From Carcharhinus amblyrhynchos (Eukaryota): DNA of 64,000 bases. Position 1 is the first letter of the stretch. Each line of letters begins with the position of its first letter. The notes below the pieces were generated by a model. That model was not told where the DNA came from, did no database searches, and saw only the letters and a program-made list of their open reading frames with translations. Both the position numbers and the translations under genes were made by a program. Below are positions 30,401-45,400 of this stretch, piece by piece. The stretch is from the NCBI GenBank assembly GCA_965287045.1, contig OZ336885.1, positions 61,256,001-61,320,000 on the forward strand. Reading direction: 5' to 3'.

Positions 30401-33400
30401 CACAGTACTCCAGCTGCGGCCTCACCAGTGCCCTATACAGCTGCAGCAAGACCTCCCTACTTCTATATTCAATCCCCCTCGCTATGAAGGCCAGCATCCC
30501 ATTAGCCTTCCTGACCACCTGCTGCACCTGCAGGCTGGGTTTTTGCAATTCATGCACAAGGACCCCGAGGTCCCTCTGCACCGTCGCCTGCTGCAGTTTT
30601 TCACCACGTAAGTAATAGTCCTTCCTACCATTATTCCTAACAAAGTGGACCACCTCGCACTTGTCAACATTAAATTCCATTTGTCAGTTCCTGACCCATT
30701 CGCCCAGCCTATCTAGATCCTTCTGCAGACTCTCCACACCCTCCGCGCAATATGCTGTTCCACCAATGTTGGTGTCATCAGCAAATTTCGACATCATACA
30801 CTCGGCTCCCTCCTCCAGATCGTCTATATCAATGGTAAATAGCTGAGGCCCCAGCACCGACCCCTGGGGCACTCCACTAGTCACCAACCGCCAATCCAAA
30901 TAGCACCCACTGACCCCCACTCTCTGCCTCCTATTTGACAGCCAATCCTCTATCGACGCTAACACCCTAACCCCAACTCCATGCCCCCTTACCTTCTGCA
31001 ATAACCTCTTGTGAGGTACCTTGTCAAACGCCTTCTGAAAATCCAGAAAGACCACATCCACCGGCTCTCCTCGATCTACCGCCATAGACACATCCTCATA
31101 GAACACCAATAAATTTGTCAGACAGGACTTCCCCTTAACTAAATCATGCTGCGTCTGCTCTATCAAGCAATTCCCCTCAAGATGCCTCGCTATTTCCTCC
31201 CTAATGACGGATTCGAACATTTTACCTACAACAGACGTTAAACTAACCGGCCTATAATTCCCTGCCTTTTGCCTGCCACCCTTCTTAAACAACGGTGTAA
31301 CATTAGCCGTTTTCCAATCTTCCGGCACTTCCCCGGAATCCAGCGGCGTTTGGAAAATAACCACCAAGGGATCCACTATCACCTCCGCCATATCTTTCAG
31401 AGCCCTTGGATGCATTCCATCCGGTCCTGGGGACTTGTCCACAATCGGTTCCCTCCAGTCTGTCGAGCACCGCCTCTCTAGTAACAATAATGTCATTGAG
31501 ACCCTCCTGTCCTATCATCTTTCCATCGCTAACACCTGGCAAATTATTCACGTCCTCCTCCGTGAAGACCGAAACAAAAAAGTTATTCAAGGTCTCAGCC
31601 ATTTCCCCATCCCCTACCTCTAAGTCCCGCCTCTCATCCTCTAAGGGTCCAACGTTCACCCTAGCCAGCCTCTTCCTTTTTATATATTTATAAAAACTCT
31701 TGCTATCCTTTTTTATATTAAGCGCTAGCCCAGCTTCATAGTTTATCCTACCCTTCTTTATCAACTTCTTTGTCAATCTTTGTTGACTTTTAAACATCTC
31801 CCAATCCTCTTCTCGCCCACTACTCTTAGCTACTCTAAACGCCTCCGCTTTTAATTTAATACTTCCCTTCACCTCCTTCGTTATCCACGGCTTATTACCT
31901 CTCCTCCTAGTTCTCCCTCAGTGTACCCAGACAAGCACCCGAGGGTAGCGACGAGGGATTTTCACAGTAGCTTCATTGCAGTCTGAATGTAAACCTACTT
32001 ATCACCAATAAATAATTACATTTTAATGTAAACTGTCACAGAGAGCTGCAAAGTGGCTGCTGCTTTTCTAGCACAACATGAGAAAATCTGCCGCAGTTCT
32101 ATCCACAATTGAGTGAAATGCATTCAAAACTCGTTTTGCTCGTGAACCAGACCTGTATGCAATAATTGTAAAGAGAGAAAGGCATCCTTATAATTTCAGC
32201 TCGCGTCAGTGAGATCATTTTGGTGTTTCATGAACTTGGTTCGAGAAAAGGAACGACAGCTCATAGACATTCGTAGGTAGCACCTTTGCAGAGATGATTG
32301 TGTTCCCTTGGTCTCTTCAGCTTTCATCAGATGGGTAAAATTATTGCATGATAGCATTCCAAACATACTTCCAACGCTGTCCTGCCCAACGGCGCTTCAT
32401 GCACATACAATGTCAGCCGCGTTCTGCCTTCGATAGGATAGTACATACAAGCTGGAATCATGTTTAATTTCATTGCTGATGTTGATGATTACAAACATCA
32501 TACCGTGTAAAATTGTGACGCTGCTTCAGATTAAAGCTTCAAACAACGATTGATGTGATTTCGATTTCAATCGTGATGGAATGTAATATGAGCGCACGTG
32601 TTCTATAAACTAGCGTGTCACACGTGGCAAAACCAATCGAGGCGAAGATTTTATATTTACTTTATTGTTAATTGCACATCATAATCAAAATAGTTGAAGA
32701 GATGTTCGGTTCTCCTACATTTCGAGGCTGCATTCATTGGATACTCTCTGGGCTTTCAAACAAAACAACGGTACTGAAGATGCTTGACTGAGTATAAACA
32801 GAAGGATAAGTCCCTCCCATGAATGGAAGGTAACGTAACATAGAGCTATGAAGGAATACCATCACGGACAAAACGTTGAATTCGTGGGAATTCTGTCAAA
32901 AGTGCGCTGAAACTGCTGTAGTGGGCTGTTGAAATAGTTTTGAGCCAAGCAACACCAAAGGTATTGTCGATTGACAGAAATTTTGTTCGAGTCATGCTGC
33001 AATGATCATTTTTGTCAAGTTTTCTTCTCTTGGTCGTTGGAATGGAATGAATTATGAAGTTCGACGGAATAATTAATACATTCGGCCCATGCTTCTTGGT
33101 CATTATAACGTTCTACTTGATAAATAAGTCATAGGGGTGTGCGGTGTAGAAAAGTGATACACTGATAGCGCTATATTTTCTTGGATAGTGCATGGGCTAC
33201 GAGTTTCATTCATATCAATCAAAACAAAAGAAACGCTGTAATTATACTTTGAAGAAGCTAACGAAATTCTAGAGTTAACAAATGAACCAAGCGAATGCAA
33301 ACGCTGCCTGCATTATTATCCAAAATCATTTAGAGCAAAATAAAACAGAGCAAATTGCTTATTTCCGTGACATCCGTGAAAGCAATCAAAGTGCATCAGA

Positions 33401-36400
33401 CAACAGAACGTCTAGAAAGAAGTATGGAAAGGAAATTAATGCCCGAACAGTGGAAATGGGTAAAAATGCAGTGGGAAGATGTTAAATATTTCATTGCATT
33501 GAACATTTGAAATAAAATGATTCAAATCAATAATCAATAAATGTGTATGATGTGTGAGGATATTTATAGAAACATATTTATAAGCCGATAGATAATGAAA
33601 TTTGATTAACTAAGTGTAAGATTTATGAAGAAAGGCAACATTTAAATAATAACAAAATATTATATTTGTGCTCCATCTGTCAATGCAGGACGAGCCACGT
33701 TCAGTGCAGATATACTATTTTACTTCGGCTGGACAAGACTGAGCATTAGTTTGATGTTGTTAAGACTACAGAAAGAATTGGTCGTATGTATCAGTGATTT
33801 ATAGACACTGTCATCCGCAATCTCCAGCGAACCCCCCGCTTGAGCACTTTGCAAGCATCAAGGAACAATTCGGGATGGGTAAAAAATATACTGCGATACC
33901 AACGGACGGCCCAATCCTTTTCTATGTACTTGAAAACACATTTTCAAGATAACCAGCAATTTCAGTTCGTAAGGTACATTTTACTTACAACATTTCTTTA
34001 TAGAACGAAAAGATGCATATAAAGAAATGTGAGGCTTTGTTTGTCAATTAGATTAATTATGATCACGGAATAGCAAGGGCGATGATATCATGGTAACTCC
34101 AGTGTTCAATTTAAAGGGGCGGAGGAGTTTGGATATGAATCTAGTATCTTAAGCTGAATTAAATTGAATTTACTTCGGTGGAGTTTACATTTTGAAAACG
34201 AAGGTGGTAAAAGTGGAATGAAAATTATACAAAGGGACGTTAACACAAAGATGATTTATACCTTCCTGCATCGTCAAAATTACTGTAGTCTCCCAATATA
34301 ATGTTCTATCCATAACGCATGAGATAGTTAATGATGCAATCACAATAAAACTGAAATTAGTTCTAAGTGTTGTGAAAGTGAGGTGTGGGTCAGAAAAAAG
34401 TGAAATTCGCAAAGAAAACATCGTTAATAGGGCCCGCACGGCGGCACAGTTGTAAGCACAACTGCCTCATAGTGTCAGGGGCCTGGTTTCGATTCCGGGC
34501 TTTGATCTCTGTGTGTAGTTTGCACACTGTTCCTGTGTCTGCATGTGTTTCCTCCGGGTGCTCTGGTTTCCTCCCACATTCCAAAGTTGTACAGGTTAGG
34601 TTGAATGGTCATGCTAAATTGTCTCTTCGTGTCAGGAACTTAGTAATATTATTGGGTAGGATTCAGTGGATTGAGGGTGGCTGGGATTGTGTTCGGGGCA
34701 GGCTTGAGGGGCCGAATGTCCTCATTCTGCACTGTACGGATTCCAGGAATAGTTATATAAATAGTATTGTCATGTATCAGAGAGAAATTTTATCTTGAAA
34801 TTTGCGAGACATCAATACATGTTTACTAAAAACAATGATGTTCCTGTAGATCTTCGGAAAAGGAAATACGTTATTGGGAAGTAAGGGGATGCTCTAATTA
34901 GATGTGCATGTGCAATCACCATAATCGACTCAAGTTATCCCAATGCGGCTATAAGTCAATTTCCCATAGCAATAAAGTAACGCGGAAACAGTTGCGCTAC
35001 TGTTGCCACAATATAACTGCAAAATACAGGGAGAAATACCTGATGAGTTTACTGTATATCTGAAGATATGTCATAAGCCCTCGAACTTAACTCAATTTCT
35101 CACTCCACAGATGCGGCCAGACTTGTTCGTTGTATGAAGCAGTTTCTATTACTAACCTAGCCCACAACTGTTGACACACTCATTCTTCAATATTTTGGTT
35201 CTGAAATAATGATTGCACGAGCTGCAGTCTTCCTAAATTGTTTGACACTGGGAGGGTACTGTTACCGGACAACACATTTTATGAAATTGGGCACACAAAA
35301 TGGAAGCAAACTAAAGCTTTCCTCAGAGCCCTCCACTAAAATCACAAAGTGACGGACTCTGATCAGTAGGCAAGAGTATTCTTTTTGAATGCAAATGAGA
35401 GCTAGCACATAAGGGAAATTGGACAGGATAGCACCTACAGGAACTAAATTAAAGAACACATCCCAACCCCATCAAAATCAGCACTTCTAAACCAGGCAAA
35501 CAAATCATGGAGACACCTAAAATTAACATAGTTAGGGAAAGCTTCCCTGGCCCCTCACAACTCTTGAGATCGATAACGCACCTATGGTTCAAATCCCAGA
35601 GATTCTGGAGCATTGATAACCAACCAGACAAAAACGATTAACACACACTTGAAACAATTGCTCCAACACTTGAAAACATCGAAACAGGATGGCTGAAGTC
35701 AAATACTGTAAATAAAGGATTAGCATTTGAAACGCGAAGTTCAGATATAACTGTAGCCCGTTGTGGGGGAGTCTTTAGAGCGCTTTCGGGACAGTCCGAT
35801 TGTATGTCCTGACTGCTTCTCCGTTGACGTAAAAAGAAAATAAAACTGTGCCGTTATTGAATTCACCCTGAGTCCGTAGTGGTCGTTTCTCCCACTCGCG
35901 CTAAAAGAAACGAAAGACTTGAAATCAGTAAGTCTATTTTCTGTTCGGTTACTGCAAGAAAATCTATAATGACCAGAATATTACGACCGTGTTTCTGTCG
36001 TAGGTCGGGGTGGTAAGGTAAAACGGAAATAAAAAAGGTAAAATAGAAACGAATCGTGTCCATATTGGTACCATTCTGTGTGTGCGCGCGCGAGTGGTGA
36101 GCACTAAATGGGAGAAATATCAAATAGCATGCAGTTCTGTATATCTCCATATAATTACTATGGTAGGCATGCAATTGTTCCCACGGTTTTGACTTGCCTT
36201 CATCTACAGCCAATGCATAAACGGTTGCTCGGGAGTGATTGAGGGTTCCGTATTGGAGAACGGTGATAATTCATTCCCTCTGGCCCGCAGATGCATCCAG
36301 GAGGTGACAGATGACCTGTTCATCCAGACAGTCGAGCACATTCATTCCGGCGTTAGCTGCGCCCAGCTGGAAGCAGGGCTGCAGGCTTTGCCGCCATAAA

Positions 36401-39400
36401 TCGGATGTCAAATTTGCAGGGAGCCACTGATATTTCCCAGATCATACTACAATTCATTTGCTGTCAGATACTGCAATTAGTTAACAGTATATATCTTTGC
36501 CATGTCGTTCATCCCATTCAATTTGAGATGCGACACTGTCAGTGAGGGGGAGTTGGAAGGCCCTGCAACAGTAGCAGCTTCCAGGGTGCCAGGCCCCGTC
36601 ATGTTCAGCATATCCTACTCCTCTGTGTGCCAAGGGGCCTAAGGGCTACTCAGTGGAATGGCGGAGCCGCTCGTCTGAGCTGCATAACCCCAGCGTCACC
36701 TAGGTCTGCCATTCCTGCAGGCCGAACTGCGCTTTCCTCATTGTGTTTGAACTCTTAGCAATAGTCTTCTGAGTCTGGGTCAAACTTTTGATATTCCTAG
36801 CAAATACCTGCTGAGACTAAGCCAAGCTCTGCAGCGCCTGACTGTGTCTAGGCCAAGCTCTCGAGTCCCTGTGCCATGGTCCACTGCATGCCCCGGGACT
36901 AAGCTGTGCCTTGGACCTTGCCACCCATGGCAATTATCTCCTGCCCCAGACTTTCCACTATAAAAGTCATGCTTGCAGTTTGGCCTGTGTACACACTGTG
37001 CCGCCACCAGCTTTTGCAACCGAATGCAGCGGGAACCTTTCCAACTGCCTCACAATTTTGCTGACAGCCGCTCCCGCATTCCCTCGTTCAGATGCTGCAT
37101 TTCCAGCATCTTAGGGAGAGCTAACCGCAGCGACCCCGCATCTGTTGTGGATCCAGCTGAATTCTTGGCACAGGCCTCGTACATTTCCGATTCCACCCAA
37201 AGTACTTCCACTGTTGTGTCATGCACAGCAAACAGTGACAGGGAAGCATTATCACTAATTTTACCGCCGTGACAATAGTGTGGGCGCTGCTGTGTTGCAT
37301 GGGGGAAACTGTGTATCATGACACGTGCTAGCTTCAGAGGTTTCCTTGGGACCTTGTTTAGAGACTTCCTCCGAGCTGCCACGAGATGTCTCAGCGCGAG
37401 CAGTGTGCGTTGGGTGTGGAAGCCGACAAGCCAGGGAATGCAGGATGGACCCAGAAACATTACAAGGCTGCTAGATGTCTTTATATCTATTTGATGAACC
37501 TGTTTGTTTTCTAAATCTGTTGGGTGGAAAGCGAGCTTATTCTCTCTGCCAGGTTACTAACTTTTATATGTTTCAGTCCCATCGGTTTTCTGCTTTGTGT
37601 AGTCGGCTACCTATGTCTCATAAAATATTTGCCTTTGATAGTCAGAAATGATAAAGGAACAACACACCCTGGTACATGTTTCTATCTTTGCAATTCACAC
37701 CTCAATCCAAGACTCGCCTGCTACTCTATGTACGGAACAAATCACATCTCTTTGCACTGCTAAATGGCTTCGAATCCGGTTTCTTATCAATCTCAATTTC
37801 AGATGTTAAACTCGTTCACTTCCCAAACGCGAGGATACATTATTTCAGAGAAAGACGGCATTAGTTTTGGCGCGAAGTGGTTTTAGGAAGAGAGTGTTAC
37901 ATCGGAAGGAAACGTCTTGCCGTTTATTTCCAGGGGGGAAAGAAAAGGTCAAAATGCATGTAAAACAATAATTCTGCATCATGTATAATCTCGGCGGGAC
38001 CTCCGCTGTTGCGATATAAAAGACCATGAAAGCCTTCTGATCGACAAAGAAGGAAAGGATTACAGGTGAAAGTGAGACAACTTGAGTTGCAGCCACATCA
38101 TGAGCGAGCTCAATTCTCTGGAATAGCAGATCAGTTCCATAGAGATGAATGTCCTCTTCCCAACCTGAGGTCTTCGTTCTTCAATACTAATATATTAATA
38201 TAACACCATGTTGTGCTATTTGTTCAACAACTTGAATTTTTGAACGTAATTCTTTCCGGTCTTCCTCATTCTTGGTTAATCTTTCATTGGAATTATTTCA
38301 GAAAACATGAAATAAGCTTATTCCTCGGTATGATAAATTGTTTTTGGAGAACATTTTGAACAATTTGGAATTATACTCTTTGACGTTTATAACAACGACA
38401 AGTGTTCTTAATGAAACCTACGGCATATTATCTTGTTTGCATTATTTTTCCATCGAAGTTTGAAGTTGCAAAGTGCAAGTGCAAAACATATGTTTCCCTT
38501 CCTGTTGGAATTTGGAACATTTGTCAGCCGCTTAAAAACACGACGAATCATTTGAATGGAGGGATTTCAATTTCGTCTGAAAGTAGTGATGGATTGTGTT
38601 TTTTTTTCAGATGATGTGCTGATAAACATTACTTTGTGTATACTCAAGGCTGACTTCGATAGATATATGAAATGCAAGAGATTCAAGGGACGTGGAGAGC
38701 ACACGGTAATTACGAGATAATGCACTGTACGATGAAGCAAACATTGGAGATGATGGGACATCGTGTAGAACTTACTCCCACGCAATTTTCATATATGTAA
38801 TTCTACGTTCTATTTTATAATAGGAGTCAATTTTTCAATACTACCGACTTGAATCATCATAGAATCCTACAATGCAGAAACAGACCCTTCGGCTCATCGA
38901 GTCTGCTGGGACCACAATCCCACCCAGGCCCTACCCCCATATCCCTACACATTTTACCCGCTAATCCCTCTAACCTAAGCATCTTAGTACACTAAGGGAC
39001 AATTTTAACATGGCCAATCAACCTAACCCAAACATCTTTGGACTATGAGAGGAAAACAAAGCAGCCGGAGAAAACCCACCAGACACGAGGAGAATGTGCA
39101 AACTCCACACAGGCAGTGACCCGAGATGGGAATCGAACCCAGGTCCCTGGAGCTGGGAAGCAGTGCTAACCACTGTGCTATCGTGCCGTCCACTTACAGT
39201 TCTAATCATATCGTGCTTAATATTCGTAGTAGCCAGAATATTGGCATTATTGATGGAACCACATGGATGCTACGAACGTATTCGAGACACAATATTCCAA
39301 TATCAATTACAAAGCAAAGTGCTAACGCGAAAAACAACTGTGCTTCATTCGATAAATGGGCGTGAAGTATTTTTACTCTGTGTTGCGTGGTTGTCCTACA

Positions 39401-42400
39401 AGGAGATTACAAAGTTCATCACGTATCCACAGCAAATATTAAGTGGAACAAATGGTGTAAGAGCCTAGAATACAGATGTCCAACACATGAAACTACATAA
39501 GTATTTCCGCATTTTTATGAGATCTCATTGAGAAAAAGTAAGGAAGGCTCGAAAGTTGTGCGACACCACGAATAGTATGTTTTGGTTTGAGATGCGCAAC
39601 GAATGTTTATTTCGATGATTTCACGGATACGTGTATTGTACCAGGCAATTCAGTTAAACGGCTTCACATATTTTTATATTTATGGCGACAAGTTATTAAT
39701 TTATTTTAACTTTTTTAGAATTATCAACGATAATTTCGTTGTTAACAGGGTTCACGTATAGAAAGATAAGAGACAGGATCAGAAGAAGTGGCAGTCGATT
39801 TATCACAGGAAATAATAAGCAATGCGTTAACTTGGAGCGGTCTACATGTTTTGAAGAGTCCTGAACAGAATTATGTGATGATGCAGAAGATCGGCAGATT
39901 CATGTTAACGCTGAAAAGCTTAAGACAATGTTAAATTATTTACGACTGTATGAACAATGCAGTGAGGAATATTTCACATATAGAATTCAGAATGATCCTG
40001 AATGCGGCACATAATTAAATAGCTGACTGGTCCACTCAAGGTGCTATTCCCAATGATCATATGCAACTGCTATCAATAATAATAAGTGCGCAAATATAAT
40101 GCTAGCTGTTTTCGTCCAATATCTAAAAGACACTATAATTTCGGTCACAGCTGCATGTCAAATTAATGTTATTTTCGTGATCTTTAAGTAATTTTGGAAT
40201 GCAAACGGACACAAAAAATATTCCCAAATACAAAACCGAAGCCGGGTCGCGGGTAATTGCTGCGACAGCTTGTCAGTTACTCTGTTGACTGGAGAAACTC
40301 ACACCACAAATTCGAAAGCAGCAACTTGCAATGACATGAACAATTTCTGGCATGAGAATGTCTCAATGGATATCACGTGTGGTATAAATGAAGTAATGGC
40401 GCCACCTCCATTTCTGTGAATGTGGGACAGACGCCGGGCAGCTCTTTCGAAATCCGGGTTCACGTCTGGGCAGTAATGTCTGTTAACGAGCTAAAGACTT
40501 GCACAGTTTTCGGAAAGTGAAACAATTGCTTGGATTCCAGGGCACTGATGGCACTGCAGCTAAAAGCGGCAGAAGTGGTGCACCAAGAACATTTCGGAGA
40601 GATGTGGGCTGCTGTAATTCGATTGTGCGGGTCAGGATGTTTTAAAGCGATGCAAAGTTAGTGAGCAAAGCTTCAATATAGAACCAGTGAAGATAATCGA
40701 GAACAAATGGTATATCGCTGCGCAGAAAGAATTTGCAGCTAAAGTCATCCTACAGATATTTGACTGCCAGCTTTGTTTTAATGGCAGCTGTCAGCAATGC
40801 AGTCATGCAGGTTCCTTCAGAATCTTTCATAACACCGCATTGTCCCCATAAATAAACACCACTTCAGAAATGCTGCTTGGTTCTTTGGGGCAAAATATTC
40901 TTGCTACGCAATCTGACTTTTTTGTTCAACATTAAAGTGTGGTTGTGGGGGTCGGAGGCAAACGTAGTTTGAACAGCCATCTTCATTATATATATACTTC
41001 CTAATTATTCATTTTCCTGTGCTATTCTCAAACTTCTGCATAACGAGAGCCGTTTGGATCACCAGGACATTTCCCTTTGAAAAATAACTCCACATTGTAA
41101 TTTTCCTTATGAACGTATATTGTACAGTGCTTCCCACAAAAAAAAATCAGAAACACAAGCTGTATCATGACCACCTAGTTTGCAATTACTTGTGGAGTTA
41201 AATATCAATGTTTCTAATCTCTCAAACACGTCCGTACTAATAGAATAAAAGTAAGGCAAATCTAAAATTTCCTACTTACGACAGTCTGCAAGTAATGCTT
41301 GCACATTTGTTCGTTCTGATATATAAAAAAAAACATCAATGTATACTGTTATATTGGCAACCGCTGTTGTTGAAGGATATCAGAAAACGAGTGATACGCA
41401 TTTTTTAAAAACAGAAATTGAACATAACAAATCAACGGTAGATTTTTTTTATAGTTCACTCCTCTAAAATTCAGTGGGCTATAGCTCGCCACGTCTATTC
41501 GCCGCATAAAGAAATACATTTCCATTCGTTTTATTTGTGTTCCTTTTAACATGCGAAACATACGCTTCTTCACCTCTGCTTTATTTACAAATCGAAGCCA
41601 ATCGTCGTCGTAGAATTGGCATGACGTCCCTTATGAGTTCACTGGTGTCGCTGCTGTTCAAACGCTTATTTTACCAAGGGAATCATGCTGCCAGTGCATT
41701 CCGTACTCACAGATGTCCTCCGTCCTCAGCTCCTGTAAACATGCCCTCAGTCAGATCTGACCCGACTTCTAATTCATCGTCACCTCCGTCTCTGCCCGAA
41801 TATGGACTAAAGTAACGCACACAAATTAAAAAAAAAAATCAGACCCTCAGACTGAACCGCACTGCTGACTGCTGGACAACGAGGCCAACATTCAGGACGC
41901 ATCTTGGCCTTGGGCCGACTCCCTCCAAACTCAGGACTAATTATAGTCCGAGCAGCCTTCTGTATGCTTGGCCTTCGGGACGCCACCCTCATCCTAACCT
42001 GGGAAAGCTTAACTCCATGGTTAGACCATAATGCTCCCGTCGGTCAGAGCGAAAGCAAAAATATTGGAAAAATTGATAGTTAATTGGTTCTAAATAACGT
42101 AACTGGACAGTCTATCTGGAATCAATGCCCTGCAATTTATTAATGGAAAGCAGAGATTGTTAGCACGGTTACCTAAGCTTCATGCACGGGAGTTCATAAG
42201 TATTGGCAGTGTGCACAAATTCCAGGAAAGGATGAAGCATAACATAAAATTCATGTTTAGACAATAACATTTGTATTTTGCTCAATTTGGAGTTGGTGGT
42301 GAGGAGCTGGATTGCAATCTTCAGGGACCATTCGAAGGCTCAGGTGATTTTGAAGAAAGCATTTCCGAAAATGGTGCCGAAACTGGCTCGGTCTAATTAT

Positions 42401-45400
42401 AAGCTGGTTCATGTTGTTGATTTCGGGCTTTAACGATTTTGGCATATCTCTTTGCTGCTATCTTCAATTTCTTGATGTTTGCTGCAATGCAAAGTTTTGT
42501 GTCGATTGTCACGTTTCAAACTTTCAGTATTTCAAATTCCTCTATCAATTACACGTTAAACCTGTCATTCGATGTTTTGTTCAAATTAGCCAGAGAAATG
42601 CGTGCCGTTCCGGTCATTTCAATTCTCCGGATTAATTTGCGTGCCCCTTCTATTGTGAAATTGTTCCCAACATATACTGCAGTGAAATGGAAGCTGAAAA
42701 TGAGGTGAAAATCATTTTTTGTTGGTTTCTGGGAACCTCAACATCGACGGGAAGCAATACCATTGGAAATGAACGTTTAATTTTGATTCACTGCGCGTTC
42801 ATATAAAAAGGTTAAAATCAATTGCATGCAACACATCATTGCCATGCAATTCACACCATGCTCCTTCTTCTGCGCTCTATCATCTCCCCACATCCTTTGT
42901 GTCCCAGAGTTGTCTTTCGAATCGCCTGCTTCATTAAAAAATGTCGTTTTCTCCTTGCAAGTTAAGTATCCACAGAACAACTGGTGTCATCTGCTCGCGC
43001 CATCAACAGCGCCTTCCTGCACGCATCCTCCTCCCAATTCACCCCCCCCCCCCCCGCCTTCCACCACCACTGTCACCTCAGCACTCTCCCAGAACACCAC
43101 AAATGTGACCATCGGTTCGAACCTAATGTTGGAGGAGCTAATGAGATCGTTGCAGCAATTTGAGGAGAGGTGGAATTTAGTGGTGTGATTGCGCGTAAAA
43201 GGTGGAGGGGGTGGGGTGGTGGGCAAAGCGGCGGAGCGGGTGGTGCGCTACTGGAACTCGTGGTGAGCAGCTGGATGGATTATAAGGCACAGTGTTGATT
43301 TATGTATTGTTATAACGAATATTTCCAGGTATGTTGCTGTCGGCTGAATTTATTTGTAAATCAAATGGTATGAGGCTGTGTAATTTCACTATGTCTGGTT
43401 TAAATTGCTTAAAACTTGGTGAGGAATAGAAGGATTGCTCTAACTAAGTGATGTTCTTAACATGCAAAGACATTATTGGCAGTCGCATGTAGGCCCGCGA
43501 GCTTTGCAAAGGCCTCCCACAGAGTTTATACTGAAGTTCGAAAACAAATAGTCATGTTCATAGATATTTACGGGAGGGACTGAAGTTTCATTTAGGACTA
43601 GAATGTAATTGTCAATACTATTGATTTCAGCGAGGAAAGCATTAAAACAATGTGCTGACAATGCCAAATGGACTGAATTCAAACGATTTTAAATGTCTCA
43701 AGGCAATTCGTTGTAGGATGCTTGCTTACTATTGTTTTTCTTTCGCAGCTGTTCCTCTGTTTCAAATTATAAATCTGATTGTAAATTTTGTAAACCATAC
43801 CAAACTTTGTAGTAGGTTGAGACAATTAGATGAAAAAAAAGTTTTACTCTCTTAATATAAAATCCGTGTATTGTTCCCCAAAGTTCAGAGTAGTTTCTTC
43901 ATGTTTGAGATAATGTATTCAATAACCAGTTCAAAATTCACATGTAGACCTTTTGTCCAGAAAATATTCGGGTAATGCAACTTACACTTCATCAACATAT
44001 TGTAGAACAGATAACTTTATACAGCCCGGGGTTGTTTTGAAATTGAATAACCATGATGACCTGTGTTTTACGGACGAGATTTACCATGCAACGACACTGG
44101 ATAAGGCGCCATAGTTTTAAAAAGGCGGTAATTCAAAAGCTTTACCTCTTTTGTGGGCAGTATTTGGATGTTGGGGAGGGAAGATGCTCGTCTGTCGTCG
44201 TCATAAAACATGCAACATTGTGCGCAATATATTTGTTTCCAGGACGAAATGAATTATCGGGAGGAAGCAGAATACTAATTAGAGTAACCAAGCCCGATGA
44301 TGTGGTGCAGTTCAGTAGCAACAACTCAGAAGGAGTACGATGTGAACTCATATTCTGACACTTTCAGGGGCAAGGGAACTTGATGGGAAGAAAAGCGTGA
44401 CAGGATTATTAAAGAATTGCGCACTCGGAAGGAAAACAATGGATGACAATGTGAATTAAGAATTATTGCTTTTAAATTGTTACAGAAAAAAAAGTTCAAA
44501 ATGCAGGAGTATTCGTTCATTCACAGAGAATATTTCACAGATTCAATAAAATGACAACAATATAAATGTCAGAGAAATTAACTCGTGTGGTTGATCCATC
44601 GTGTGCTTCCAGATGTTTCATACTATTTTGGTGGTGGTCACCAACATATAAACATAAAAGGTAGGAATTAACTACCTGTAAAAATTCTTCAGTAATATCG
44701 GGGGGCGGGGGGGGGGGGAATAGTTTACGTAGGTATGCGCAGCACATTATTAGTTTTTTTTAAATTTGATTATTTTCTGTCTATTTTTTTTAATCAAATA
44801 TAGCCTTTCTTGTAAAATCAGAGGAGTCTTTTTTTTAATCATTTAGCTACTTTTACTTCGTCCCTGATTTAAGTCTCCCAAATCACCTCGTCATTATTTC
44901 CACTATGCTGAAAAGTTTGTTTAGTCCTGGTGCGTGGGCATCCAAAACAGCTGCCAATAATCAATCAACGGCTAAACATCGCGCTTCCTCTTCTCGATTT
45001 GGTAACAATAACATCAGAATCCGATCTGATCTGAACGATGAAAACATCTCATTTCTTCCACCGATCTTGATAAATAAAAGCAATGGACACAGACCTAACA
45101 TCTCATGCTGGACATCTGCGAGACATTATCCACTAGCTAATCTATGCAACAACAGTCTACCATGTGTAGAACGGACACAACCTCAAAAAGCAGTGAACCA
45201 GCAAGAGGGCTATCCTGCTTCTGTTAAGGGTCAGCAACATAAGAACATAAGAAATAGGAGCAAGAGTAGGCCATCTAGCCCTTCGAGCCTGCCCCACCAT
45301 TCAATAAGATCATGGCTGATGCAAGGCGTTATATTGGTTAGCACCGCTGCCTCACAGCGCCCACGCGCATCGCCGTCATGTCACTATCGTTGCCGAGTCT

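Noticed and set aside
30139-31693. Plus-strand ORFs up to 158 aa
   Set aside because: Antisense shadows of the LINE reverse transcriptase
38776-38802. 27-nt segment with gtaagt donor
   Set aside because: Poor acceptor and in-frame stop in phase 1
44887-44907. 21-nt AG..GT segment
   Set aside because: TAG in phase 1 and weak donor
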